Virus record (IMG/VR): IMGVR_UViG_3300025154_001007
Coordinates: 1 to 56,027 of that record
Strand: one strand, 5' to 3'
DNA from: a virus
Taxonomy: Duplodnaviria; Caudoviricetes
Length of the DNA: 56,027 nt
The notes under the pieces were generated by a model that was not told where the DNA came from, searched no databases, and saw only the letters and a program-made list of their open reading frames with translations. Below, in pieces: positions 17,420 to 26,496 of the stretch; within the stretch, counting starts at the first letter, position 1, and each line of letters starts with the position of its first letter. The position numbers were made by a program, and so were the translations under genes.

Positions 17420-19476
17420 CGGCCACCCCCCATAGCCCTTAGAGTATCAACTACCACCTGCTGAATGATTGGTATCATCTGCGCCATATTTTGTTGGTTC
17501 TGCATTTGGGCCTGCATCTGTGTGGCTTGAATTGATTGGGCATCTTTGGCAAGGTCCAGTTTCTTGCCTTCAATGTCGAGCATGCCCTTGTCCAGGTCCT
17601 GTTGGCCCTTCTTTAAATCCTGCTCGCCCTTCATCATAGCTAACTGAATACGCGGGTCAGGAGGCGGTTGAGGGGGCGGTTGTGGCTGCATCAGAGCCTT
17701 GATCTCTTCTCCGATCTCTTGGGCTTCGGGCCAATCCTGAGCTTTTGCTATCCTGGGGATGAGGACCGGCATGACCTGGGGGGCGCCCTGGCCGAGCTGA
17801 ATCATGCCGTCAGCTGCTTCTTGGCGTTTGGTGAGATAGCCGGGGCCGGCGTCGCAGATTACGTCGAACTTGCCGGCTGAAAGGTTGTTGTATATCGTCT
17901 TTTTGCCGTTGGTCGGATCGATATAGGCGAAGTTGACATGCGCCCATGCTTCCGTGCCGTTGTCGTTCGGGTTGATGAGCGGCTTCCCATCCGGGCCCGG
18001 TTTGGCATTGGCGAAGGTCTTTTTCAGGTCGTCGCCCATCAGCCTTACAACCCTATCGCCGTCGTAGATGTTTTGGATGAGATCGACCAGGACTTTGCCG
18101 GTATATTTGATGGCCTTTATCTGGTTGTCTGGAAATTCAAAGGTTGCAATGTCGCCTTCGGCTGCTCTGGCACGAATAGCTTTGCCGCTGGTCTCGTTGC
18201 TTCTCGCCCCCAAGGAGGCGTCATAGACTCCGGTTGTGACCTTGATATCGTCGGCTGAGATTTGGGCAAGCTGAAGGGCTCCTTGATCACCTACAGAACC
18301 GCCGAGGCGTTGGGGCGCTGCCTGGCCCTCTTTGTGCTCGTAAAGCAGATACGGCATGGGTGTTGTGTAGGCTTTATCCCACAAGGCTTGATACTGCCCA
18401 ATCTGTTCAGCGGTCAAGATCCACGGCTGCTTAGGGGACAGGGCAAGGGTTTCCATGTTGTTCGACATGGCCCAATTGTAAATCTTCTGCGGCTCCATGG
18501 CGTCTTTTATCGCGCTGTTCAGAATCCGTTCGCCTTCGATCCACTTTTCCTCACCCAATTCAGGGATGATCGGTATGTATTTTCCGGCCCATTCTTGCGG
18601 GCCTTCCAAGATCTCCCTCCCAGAGATTTTGCACCACATGACTTTGTGGCTTTTGACGGAGCGGGTGCGGACGAAAGGAGTTTTAAAGCCGTTGGAGTCT
18701 TCGACCATATCAACTTCTTGTCCGGTTTCGTCTGTCTCTTTCGTGACCTTGGGCTTTTCGATCTCGATTACGTTTCCGTTCGGCAGTTCGTAGATGTGCT
18801 TGATAACGGGCTCTTTATACCAATATTCTGCGATTCTTACCGTGTCGGTGGCGAACCAATCTGACATGGATTCGCCTTCGCCTTTTTCAAATCCTCCGAA
18901 ATTTGACTTGGGGTAAAGTTCTTCGGCCTTTTTGCGCTTGATGTCTGAAATGATAAAACAAAAATCGGCATCGCTGTAATCTGCCTTGATCGCGGATTGA
19001 TCGTAGTAGACCGAGAAGGGGTTAACGATGCGCTCGATATAAATATCCTGGTCAAACGTGTTGTCGTCGGCGTACCGTGAGAGTGCCCGCCAATAACCAT
19101 AGGCTCCGCGTACTGAACAGCTTGCCCCGTTGTCATAGGCCGAATCGGCATCCGATACGTTTTCGATGTTGCGAATCAAGCCGGTCATAAGCTCGGCCAC
19201 CATTGGATCGGTGGATGAATCCTCTGGCAGGATCTTGATGCGCGGTCTATTCTGGCGCATGGAGTTGACGATCTTCTTGGACGTTCCCGAAACCCTGTTG
19301 ACTGTGCAGCATGGCCTTCCGAGGCGCTGCTGCTTCTCGGCCTCGGTCCATTGGTCGCCGTTCTCAAAGGCCATCGATGCCCGAGCCCGTTCACGGTTCG
19401 CCTGCTCTGCGGTCTTGGATTCCTCGAAGCGTTCAAGGGCTTTGGTTATGAAGGCTTGCTCTTTTTCTTTTTTCAT
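17416..19476 (-). CDS. Portal protein (P22 gp1-like)
   Basis: GDQW, GRPC..VN, YIPIIP, AMEPQKIYN, NETSGKAI.AR, GKFDV..DAGP.Y.TKRQE, Q-rich barrel tail. Confidence 0.95.
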   Translation of the reverse strand: MKKEKEQAFITKALERFEESKTAEQANRERARASMAFENGDQWTEAEKQQRLGRPCCTVNRVSGTSKKIVNSMRQNRPRIKILPEDSSTDPMVAELMTGLIRNIENVSDADSAYDNGASCSVRGAYGYWRALSRYADDNTFDQDIYIERIVNPFSVYYDQSAIKADYSDADFCFIISDIKRKKAEELYPKSNFGGFEKGEGESMSDWFATDTVRIAEYWYKEPVIKHIYELPNGNVIEIEKPKVTKETDETGQEVDMVEDSNGFKTPFVRTRSVKSHKVMWCKISGREILEGPQEWAGKYIPIIPELGEEKWIEGERILNSAIKDAMEPQKIYNWAMSNNMETLALSPKQPWILTAEQIGQYQALWDKAYTTPMPYLLYEHKEGQAAPQRLGGSVGDQGALQLAQISADDIKVTTGVYDASLGARSNETSGKAIRARAAEGDIATFEFPDNQIKAIKYTGKVLVDLIQNIYDGDRVVRLMGDDLKKTFANAKPGPDGKPLINPNDNGTEAWAHVNFAYIDPTNGKKTIYNNLSAGKFDVICDAGPGYLTKRQEAADGMIQLGQGAPQVMPVLIPRIAKAQDWPEAQEIGEEIKALMQPQPPPQPPPDPRIQLAMMKGEQDLKKGQQDLDKGMLDIEGKKLDLAKDAQSIQATQMQAQMQNQQNMAQMIPIIQQVVVDTLRAMGGGR

Positions 19477-19528
19477 TGTCCATCCAGCGTTATTAGTAAC
19501 GGTTTTTGCTATTTTTGCAACATACTGT

Positions 19529-20071
19529 TTAGTCGAAGGTTTTAAACTCTGACACCCTCAGTACGAGCGCAAGATATTCTTCCTGGTTCATTACTGATTT
19601 GTTGTAATTCGGCTTGTAAGCCATGATATTGACGGCCTCGACCGCCGTTACGTCCTCCTTGGAAACCGGGAATATCGACACCGAATCAAAAACTTTTCCG
19701 TCGCTTATGTGATTTCCGAGCCTCCATAGTAAATTACTTGTCTGACCGATGTAGACCAAGAGATTACCGTCCCATAGAAAATAAACAGCGTGTCCGCTCA
19801 TGATGGGCACGCTTTTGCTTTTACAGTTCGCGGCAACCTCAAGATCGAAAACCCTATCCTTCAGTCTCCTGTCCACGGACATTATTTCTGCGTGCGCCTC
19901 GCTGGACACAAAATATATCCCGTTGGCGTAGTGCATGATCTTGTTGATATTCTTATTGCTTGCGGCCAGCAGCAGCTTGTGAGCCTGATGCTCGGTTACG
20001 CCAAATGCCTCTGCAATAGAGCAGACCACCACCGTTTCGCCATACTCAGAATCTATTGCCGTTTCTCCCAT
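19529..20071 (-). CDS. GIY-YIG nuclease-domain protein
   Basis: AVYFL...VYIGQT.NL..RL..H, E...I....P.YN. Confidence 0.8.
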   Translation of the reverse strand: MGETAIDSEYGETVVVCSIAEAFGVTEHQAHKLLLAASNKNINKIMHYANGIYFVSSEAHAEIMSVDRRLKDRVFDLEVAANCKSKSVPIMSGHAVYFLWDGNLLVYIGQTSNLLWRLGNHISDGKVFDSVSIFPVSKEDVTAVEAVNIMAYKPNYNKSVMNQEEYLALVLRVSEFKTFD

Positions 20072-20204
20072 TCAGTCCTCTTTAAATTGCTGTTCAGGAA
20101 TACCGTTGCCTAAAAAGGCGACTCTTGGCACACCTAAATCGCGTTTTTGCGATACGGTGGCCAAGCGCTCACGGGCGGGAGACACTTGTTTTTGTGTCTC
20201 GTTT

Positions 20205-21491
20205 TTACAGGGCATACGCGCTAACCCTTGGCATTGAAAACGGCTTAACTGGAGCGCCCTGTTCTGCGTTTCTCATTTTATCGACGTTGACCATAAACCC
20301 GCGCAGCATGTCAGCGGCGTGAGAGTGCTCGTCGTGCAGGGGTGTGCTTTCTGCTCCGGTCTTTGAGTTTAGATGCCGCCTGTACCTCTTGATGTGCTCA
20401 ACGAACTCACTGCACCTGCCTTGATCGATCCTAAGTTGCGGGAATTTCATGCGCGTTATTCTGATACCCTCCTCAATTGAGGGGCTCGATATTTCTTCCC
20501 TTGCCGGAACATCCCAGCCAAGCTTTTTAAGAATGTCGGCTGAGCTCAACCCCTTTGATTCCATGCGCTTTGCATAGCCGTCATGCGGCAGGTATAGCTT
20601 TCCCCAATTGTACCGCCTGGCCTTCAGTTCGTCAGAGTACCAATTCCAATCCTGCTTATCTTTACCGGCGATAAAATCAATCATCCTATATTCCGAACCA
20701 AGCACTTGAAACATCCCAATAGGGTTGAAATCGTTCCTGCCAATATCAACTACCAGGTGAACCTTTAGCATTGGGTCATAGGGAACATAGGCAACGCGAC
20801 CTTGTGATTCTGCCTCCTGGATCTGTTTAAAATAGATCGCGCCTTCGACTGCTGGACGGCACTTACCCTCCCATATATTGTCGTAATTGTCTGGATCGGT
20901 AGCCTTGCAGTGGAGTCGTTCTTTATTGAGGACTTCGTTAAACCATGGATTGTCTCTCCAGTTGATTTCCCTGCTGATGCAGTCCGGTGGTGGGTTTTTA
21001 ACAAAGCGCTGGTACGTTTCATCGGATTCAAGGTCTGGGTTAAGAGATACCCATATTTCCGAATGGTCTTTTCGGATCGTTGGGATGAGAATATCCCAAG
21101 ATCTCTTGGTGATAGTCTGCCCTTCTTCCACCCAACACCGATCAACGCCCTCAAAGGATTTGATGGTATCAACGGTCAGGTTTGAAAGGCCTGTGAATAG
21201 GAACTCTGTGCCGTTCCTGCCTCTTATTTCGGTTTCGTATGGGGTGTAAAACGACGATAGGCCCATGCCGGCTATTTGATCGCACAGGAGTTTATGAACG
21301 GATTGCTTGATGGAGTTCTGAACTTCGCGGGCACACAGGTTGCGCTCTTTTTTATACATCCCAAGGGCGAGAAGGGATCTCGCATACGACCACGACTTTG
21401 CAGATCCACGACCGCCATAAGCTACCTTGTACCGGGCAGGCGATGCCAGGAACTCAAGTTTTTCAGGTAGCATCATGTCGAGCACCGGCAC
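20205..21491 (-). CDS. terL: Terminase large subunit (PBSX-family ATPase + RNase H-like nuclease)
   Basis: YGGRGSAKS, AREVQNSI, WVEEG, PTIRK, LPHDG, SHAAD. Confidence 0.95.
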   Translation of the reverse strand: MPVLDMMLPEKLEFLASPARYKVAYGGRGSAKSWSYARSLLALGMYKKERNLCAREVQNSIKQSVHKLLCDQIAGMGLSSFYTPYETEIRGRNGTEFLFTGLSNLTVDTIKSFEGVDRCWVEEGQTITKRSWDILIPTIRKDHSEIWVSLNPDLESDETYQRFVKNPPPDCISREINWRDNPWFNEVLNKERLHCKATDPDNYDNIWEGKCRPAVEGAIYFKQIQEAESQGRVAYVPYDPMLKVHLVVDIGRNDFNPIGMFQVLGSEYRMIDFIAGKDKQDWNWYSDELKARRYNWGKLYLPHDGYAKRMESKGLSSADILKKLGWDVPAREEISSPSIEEGIRITRMKFPQLRIDQGRCSEFVEHIKRYRRHLNSKTGAESTPLHDEHSHAADMLRGFMVNVDKMRNAEQGAPVKPFSMPRVSAYAL

Positions 21492-21494
21492 CGG

Positions 21495-22163
21495 CTAATC
21501 CTCTGTGTGATTGGCGCGAACGTAGGTTATTTTAATTCCCGTTATGCCGTCTTCGCCTTGTGGCCCTGAATTTTCGTCGATGTTGAAGGCCTGGCGCTCA
21601 AGTCCGATGAGGTTTTTAAGTGCAGTGGATAGATCTCGGATAGTGCCGGCGTGCGCTGGGATTGAAACAGCTTTCAGGAGCGCACCGCGTCGTTTGGTGT
21701 CTATCTTTCCATCTTCGCCGGTGGTGTCTGCCTCTATCATCTCGACCAGGCGCCCCCGGCAATTTGCGGCATCCAGCAGTTGAGAGGACAGCAGGGCAAC
21801 GATTTGCCGACCGTTCCTTATGTCGGTTCGGTGGATCTTGATTACGGCGGTTTGCTCACTCGCTGCGGCCTCCACTATTTGTTCTTCGGTAGGCGGTTCG
21901 GTAGGTTTTGTTGCTGGTTGCACGTTCGGATCTGCAACTGCAACTTCGATGGTTGCAGCCGCTTCAACCAACTTTTGTTTCGTCCGGTTCTGAACCTTCT
22001 TCGTTAGGTCGCGTTTCCAGCCTTTATCCTTGGCCTTCTTGTAAACGGCCTGATGGGTAATGCCATCGCCGTGGCGCTTGGCTATTTCTGGGATGGAAAG
22101 GACGCCGGCCCGGTAATCCGCTTCAATCTTTTCCCAATCCGGTGCTGGCTTCTTGTCAGCCAT
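21495..22163 (-). CDS. terS: Terminase small subunit
   Basis: PDWEKIEADYRAG HTH, GWKRDL, LERQAFNI; directly before terL. Confidence 0.8.
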   Translation of the reverse strand: MADKKPAPDWEKIEADYRAGVLSIPEIAKRHGDGITHQAVYKKAKDKGWKRDLTKKVQNRTKQKLVEAAATIEVAVADPNVQPATKPTEPPTEEQIVEAAASEQTAVIKIHRTDIRNGRQIVALLSSQLLDAANCRGRLVEMIEADTTGEDGKIDTKRRGALLKAVSIPAHAGTIRDLSTALKNLIGLERQAFNIDENSGPQGEDGITGIKITYVRANHTED

Positions 22164-22392
22164 CAACCAACCCCCTGAGTGCCATGGTTCCGTAGTCCTT
22201 GGCATCTCGCCTGGTACTTTCGTGGTGCAGCAGCCTGATATCACTTTCTATGTCCGCTTGGGTTTGTTCCAACTCCCCTATGGACGAAACACCTATAGCT
22301 GCCATGAGGGATATGGCCGAACCGATGCAATCCTGGGCGACCTCAAGTTTATTAATCGCAACCTCAAAGTGTTTCGGTGGCATCATCTCCAC
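22156..22392 (-). CDS. Hypothetical protein
   Basis: 78 aa, coupled to terS start. Confidence 0.5.
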   Translation of the reverse strand: MEMMPPKHFEVAINKLEVAQDCIGSAISLMAAIGVSSIGELEQTQADIESDIRLLHHESTRRDAKDYGTMALRGLVDG

Positions 22393-22459
22393 CGATTAAC
22401 AGCCCGTTCCAAAAAAACGGCGACTAAAAAGATTGTGGCTATGTAGATAACGTAGATCA

Positions 22460-22750
22460 TCAGTACCCCTTCTGGAACCGCATCTGAACGTGTTTCACAG
22501 GGAACGCTTCTTTCGCTTTCTTGGCCGCTTTGATGAACTCGCGCTCGGCAAAGTTCGGGGCGCCCACGGTGAATACGATCTGGGCAACACTGCCTTTTCG
22601 ATTATCGATTTTACCCTTAAGCCTCTTGCGCGTGGCCTTGATGACAAGTTTGGGACTCAGGTATTTGGTGGCCTTTACAGCACCATCCATGTCAAGCGCT
22701 GAAGCAAGTTCTCCGAATACACGCCAATGCTCAGTAAAAGATGTGTTCAT
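22460..22750 (-). CDS. Basic hypothetical protein, paralog of 9463..9747
   Basis: GGAGG RBS; clear similarity to 9463..9747. Confidence 0.75.
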   Translation of the reverse strand: MNTSFTEHWRVFGELASALDMDGAVKATKYLSPKLVIKATRKRLKGKIDNRKGSVAQIVFTVGAPNFAEREFIKAAKKAKEAFPVKHVQMRFQKGY

Positions 22751-22789
22751 AGCGACCTCCGCTGATGGGTGGGCTTATTCATAAAAGTG

Positions 22790-22832
22790 GGGGGCCTCCG
22801 GCAAGTCCCGGGAACATCTGCCGGAGGCCCCC
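22790..22832 (-). terminator. Long GC-rich hairpin upstream of the packaging genes
   Basis: GGGGGCCTCCGGCA/TGCCGGAGGCCCCC followed by a short T run. Confidence 0.55.
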
Positions 22833-22861
22833 TTCCTGTGGGGTATCTTGGTTGGTGGGGG

Positions 22862-23071
22862 TCATTCTTTAGGATCCCAATGGGTCCCGCCCAAACCGCA
22901 CAGGGCTTGGTTGCTGCGAACGTCCGAGCAACACGCCTCTTCACCTTTCACGGTGTTAATCGCTATACTGCAAAAGTGGCCCCATTCGTATTCTTGGTAG
23001 CAGTGGCGGCACTCGGTGCATAGCCGAATCGGTTCGCTGTTCTGCAGCTTCATACGGATTGGTTCAGTCAT
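22862..23071 (-). CDS. Small Cys-rich protein
   Basis: CTECRHC...C...CC..VR...CG...HW.PK. Confidence 0.6.
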   Translation of the reverse strand: MTEPIRMKLQNSEPIRLCTECRHCYQEYEWGHFCSIAINTVKGEEACCSDVRSNQALCGLGGTHWDPKE

Positions 23072-23418
23072 ACCTCCAGCCTTTCAATGATGCTTTCAAG
23101 GCGCTCGGTAAGCAAGCCGACCATGCCGAAGTCAGCGCGAAGGTCGCGGAACAGCGGCGGTATATCTCTCAGCGCCTCGTCTTTCTCAATGGGCGAAGGA
23201 TCGGAATCGCGCATGACGGTGGCCAGCTTGTTTTCAAGCAGCACCACGGCCTTTTCGAGTTGTGCCACCTTGTTGGTGGCCATCTCGCAAACCTCGAAAG
23301 CGGCGGTTACTCTGACAGCTTCCGGGCGGGTTTGGCGCCCTACGGCTATTACACCGACATTGCCAGGTGGGCAACTTACGATTCCTGCCTGAAACTGTGC
23401 TTGTTTTGAATACTTCAT
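23068..23418 (-). CDS. Hypothetical coiled-coil protein
   Basis: ORF track; start moved to ATG after GGAGGG. Confidence 0.55.
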   Translation of the reverse strand: MKYSKQAQFQAGIVSCPPGNVGVIAVGRQTRPEAVRVTAAFEVCEMATNKVAQLEKAVVLLENKLATVMRDSDPSPIEKDEALRDIPPLFRDLRADFGMVGLLTERLESIIERLEV

Positions 23419-23441
23419 CCCTTGTTCCCTCCGGTTCGTTT

Positions 23442-23651
23442 TTATTTCGGCGCAACCACGCAACCCGCATTTTGATTCACCACCGCCCAGCACTCCCCGT
23501 TTTCCTGAATTACCCGACACGCCCGACCAGGGCGGCGATTGATCCTATTTGCCTCTTTGTGCAGCCAATCCAAATAGGGCATTTCTCCGTTGATGGTTTG
23601 GATGGGTTCGCTTGGTGATCCTGGGAGGTACAGGGTGATCTCTTTGCTCAT
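23442..23651 (-). CDS. Hypothetical protein
   Basis: ATGA overlap with tad1-like stop. Confidence 0.5.
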   Translation of the reverse strand: MSKEITLYLPGSPSEPIQTINGEMPYLDWLHKEANRINRRPGRACRVIQENGECWAVVNQNAGCVVAPK

Positions 23652-24004
23652 TTTCGGTTTGTCCCTTCCACGCCCCTGAGTTGCCGCTGTCGTGTCCGGT
23701 GTTCGAGCCAATGTATAGCTTCTTCGCACTTGGTCAGAGCCAGAGCGTTTTCACGGCATGCGAAAGGGCCAGCCTGGAAACAGCGCAGCCGGTCGATCAC
23801 GATGGCCAGTAGGTCTTCCTGGTGGCATCCGTTGACGCCGTGTTCTTTGACGGGGCCGTTTTGGAACGCCACATCTGCAAACGGAAGGACTCCGCTGTCC
23901 GAGGGTTGTGGGAACACCACATAAACGTGGTTCGCTCCACCCTGGCCAGGTTCATCAACTGCCAAAATTCTCGAATTGGGGTTTCCGCTGGCGATCTCTC
24001 TCAT
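23648..24004 (-). CDS. tad1: Tad1-like anti-Thoeris/anti-CBASS signal sponge
   Basis: G.GGA.H.Y, FQ.G..KE...G...DLL.IV.DRL..FQAGPF..RENA.ALT..EEA..W...R...R..R.V.GTN matches the Tad1 pattern along its full length. Confidence 0.85.
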   Translation of the reverse strand: MREIASGNPNSRILAVDEPGQGGANHVYVVFPQPSDSGVLPFADVAFQNGPVKEHGVNGCHQEDLLAIVIDRLRCFQAGPFACRENALALTKCEEAIHWLEHRTRQRQLRGVEGTNRK

Positions 24005-24124
24005 AAACCACCTTTCTGTTGCCGGTATTAAGGACTGCTCCGCTCCCTCACTTACAAGGGGAGGTCCAGCCCCCGGGAGAAGTCAGGGGGCTGGACCGAT
24101 GGAAAGGAGTGTGCGTCGATGAAC

Positions 24125-24153
24125 TCTATATCAAGTACTAGCTTATAATGCAA
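24125..24153 (-). promoter_or_regulatory. Putative promoter for the tad1-like operon
   Basis: TTGCAT-N17-TATAGA; 12-bp hairpin at 24063-24097 in the leader. Confidence 0.4.
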
Positions 24154-24194
24154 GGGGTTTATCGTGCATTTTAAGTGGTAGGTGAAAACTATCA

Positions 24195-24223
24195 TTGTAT
24201 TTGTTACGGCGTAAGCATATAGT
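24195..24223 (+). promoter_or_regulatory. Sigma70-like promoter with palindromic operator
   Basis: TTGTAT-N17-TATAGT; TTACG-G-CGTAA palindrome at 24204-24214 in the spacer. Confidence 0.65.
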
Positions 24224-24252
24224 GAGATTAACAATCAAACAAGGAGGACACC

Positions 24253-24530
24253 ATGATGGACCGCAACGAACAAATCACAATCGACCAACTCATCAACGAG
24301 AGCGCTCCGTCAACAAAATTGCTCATGCCGACCTTGAGTCCGACAGGATCGACGATGTAATTGGCTATATCTATGAATCGTATGATGGGGCCGTGGACCA
24401 TGTGAAGAATGGCGATGTATTGGAGGTTTGGGGCCGGACCGAGGAACAGGAGGAACAGGACGATGGGGAAATGGATTTCCGTATTCATTTCGACATTATT
24501 GAATTTTCGGAGGTCCCTCCCCGCGATTAA
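24253..24530 (+). pseudogene. Acidic small protein gene with a 1-nt frameshift near 24300
   Basis: AAGGAGG-ATG frame (MMDRNEQITIDQLINE) stops early; the -1 frame continues RSVNKIAHADLESD... Confidence 0.6.
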
Positions 24531-24565
24531 TGGCTAACGGCCCTCGGGCCAGAAAGGATCGAACA

Positions 24566-24685
24566 ATGGGCGTATCAATCGACAGATACTTGTTCCATAC
24601 AAGGCTATTCGACAAAACTTACGGAACCAAGGTGTCTATTTGGGACTATGAAGATTTGTGTAAATTCTATCACATGTGGAACTAA
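24566..24685 (+). CDS. 39-aa hypothetical protein (not in ORF track)
   Basis: GAAAGGA RBS; MGVSIDRYLFHTRLFDKTYGTKVSIWDYEDLCKFYHMWN. Confidence 0.5.
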   Translation: MGVSIDRYLFHTRLFDKTYGTKVSIWDYEDLCKFYHMWN

Positions 24686-24731
24686 CCAAAACCTACTATC
24701 GGCACTACCTGGGCCAGACAAGGAGGATTCC

Positions 24732-24926
24732 ATGAACATCGAATACCGCTACGCAAATAACGAATCGGTTCAAATCAGGGTTGACCTCGAACGCTCAGAG
24801 GCGACTATTCAGTACCGTCTCATGGATGTTGAGGATGATGAGTGGAAAGGCACGCCGTTTCAGCGGGCCGATGTTGCGAACGAGGACGAGGCCTTGGCTC
24901 TGGTTGATGCTTGGCTGGAGGGATAA
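24732..24926 (+). CDS. Small acidic protein
   Basis: AAGGAGG RBS; 64 aa, D/E-rich. Confidence 0.7.
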   Translation: MNIEYRYANNESVQIRVDLERSEATIQYRLMDVEDDEWKGTPFQRADVANEDEALALVDAWLEG

Positions 24927-24927
24927 C

Positions 24928-25122
24928 ATGAAACGCAACCCCATGGAGAAATACCTCTCCACCATGCAGGCCGCCAAACAGGCCGGTATCTCCGATGCGA
25001 GAATCCGGCAGATGATCAACTCCGATAAGGTTCCAGCCATCAAGATCGGATCGTCCTGGATGATCCATATCGATGATGTGGACGGTATCGTAAACCGGAA
25101 GGATGGGAGGAGGAAGCCATGA
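24928..25122 (+). CDS. HTH (excisionase/HTH_17-like) DNA-binding protein
   Basis: YLSTMQAAKQAGISDARIRQMI....VPAIKIGSSWMI. Confidence 0.85.
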   Translation: MKRNPMEKYLSTMQAAKQAGISDARIRQMINSDKVPAIKIGSSWMIHIDDVDGIVNRKDGRRKP

Positions 25123-25358
25123 AAACCCCGCAAGAAAAATTCGAGAACGATCCAGAATACAGGTATCTCGTTCAAATGTTCGAGGCCTTGATCCATGAGG
25201 CACGGTTCACCCCATCAGAGATCCGTCAAGCTGCCTTATTCGCTTGCTGCCGATATGAGTTGTACCAATTGCCACGGAGAGTTTTTATTCCGAAGGAAGT
25301 TGATACCGCTATCGCTGTTCTGCGCCGGTTCAGGGAGCAAGCGGATACCTACGAATAA
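25119..25358 (+). CDS. Hypothetical protein
   Basis: ATGA overlap, GGAGG RBS; NDP.Y..LV...FTPSEIRQAA. Confidence 0.7.
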   Translation: MKTPQEKFENDPEYRYLVQMFEALIHEARFTPSEIRQAALFACCRYELYQLPRRVFIPKEVDTAIAVLRRFREQADTYE

Positions 25359-25378
25359 GGCCCCCTTGAAACCGAAAC

Positions 25379-25402
25379 GCCCCACCGATAGCACGGTGGG
25401 GC
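25379..25402. terminator. Hairpin between convergent operons
   Basis: GCCCCACCG/CGGTGGGGC. Confidence 0.55.
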
Positions 25403-25431
25403 CTTGCATTTAAAGTCCTGGGGTGTTTCGG

Positions 25432-26496
25432 TTAGACGCGCATGGTGGGCCTCCTTTCTGGTCCCTGCGGCACCAACGCCCGCTGTAAAATCATCATAGC
25501 CTGAGCCTGCACAGTCCGAAACTCAGCGGCGGCCAGATTCGACAATCCGGCCAGCAACTCCTGGTGCCCCTCGAAATTCAGGTGCAGCACCGTTACCCTG
25601 TTCTCCCGGCGCAGTCCGCTTTCCTGGCGAGCCCTGCAACATACCCGGCAGATGTGCATGCGGCCGTCCTTGCTAGTGTTGCTGGGCGCAAAATCCTCGA
25701 TCTTTTTTATTTCCATACAGGTGTTGCACTGCTTGGTTTCTGGTGTGACGATATACGGCTTCACAACTCCCCTCCTTTTCTGGTCGTAATCTTTTTGGCG
25801 TTTGAGCACACATGGCTTGCAGTAGGCGGCTTTTCCGTCTGCCGTGGCCTTGTTGTTGTGGAAATTCCCGAGCGGTTGCGGCGCGCCTTTGGCCTCGCAA
25901 CCAGAATCATGGCACACCTTCGTCGGCTTTGATTCCGCGGCGTGGGCGTGCTGCTCCTGGGCAATGCCGGCCGCCCGGTCCAGTCGTTCGCGCAGGCTTG
26001 CCTTTGCCCCGGCAAGTTTGTCTTTGCGGATCTCGGCCATTTCACGCTGGCAATCTTTGCAATATCCGTTTTTGCCACCGGCCCCGCTGCCCTTGTGGAA
26101 ATTATCCAGCGGTTGAGGCTTACAGCCGTGCTTGCACTCTTTGCGGCTGCAAACCTTCCCGATGGGCTCCGGTGATGGCTCAAGGATCTGCCAGGGCTTC
26201 GCCATGGCTTTCTTGTCCCATTTCCTATTCCCGCCCACGCGCATCTGGTATGCCTTGACCGCGCCGGGTGATACCTCGGAGGCGATCTGTTTGCCCTGGG
26301 CGCAATCCCGGCATCCGGTATCCTGGGCCCCTGGTTTATTGGGCGATGAACTGGAGCCAGCCACCCAGCCGGTGATCGCGTTGCGGCGTCGGATGACACA
26401 GGCGGCCTTTTCCATGCGGCAGCCGCCCTTGAGTGCGCAGGTAAAGAAGGAATCGCCGTTGAGCATGGCCTCGATTGCTGTTTCAGTTTGAGACAT
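25432..26496 (-). CDS. Multi-zinc-finger protein with C-terminal Arc/RHH-like segment
   Basis: Three C..C...F.....G....CxxC repeats; C-terminal LAAAEFRTVQAQAMMIL. Confidence 0.65.
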   Translation of the reverse strand: MSQTETAIEAMLNGDSFFTCALKGGCRMEKAACVIRRRNAITGWVAGSSSSPNKPGAQDTGCRDCAQGKQIASEVSPGAVKAYQMRVGGNRKWDKKAMAKPWQILEPSPEPIGKVCSRKECKHGCKPQPLDNFHKGSGAGGKNGYCKDCQREMAEIRKDKLAGAKASLRERLDRAAGIAQEQHAHAAESKPTKVCHDSGCEAKGAPQPLGNFHNNKATADGKAAYCKPCVLKRQKDYDQKRRGVVKPYIVTPETKQCNTCMEIKKIEDFAPSNTSKDGRMHICRVCCRARQESGLRRENRVTVLHLNFEGHQELLAGLSNLAAAEFRTVQAQAMMILQRALVPQGPERRPTMRV

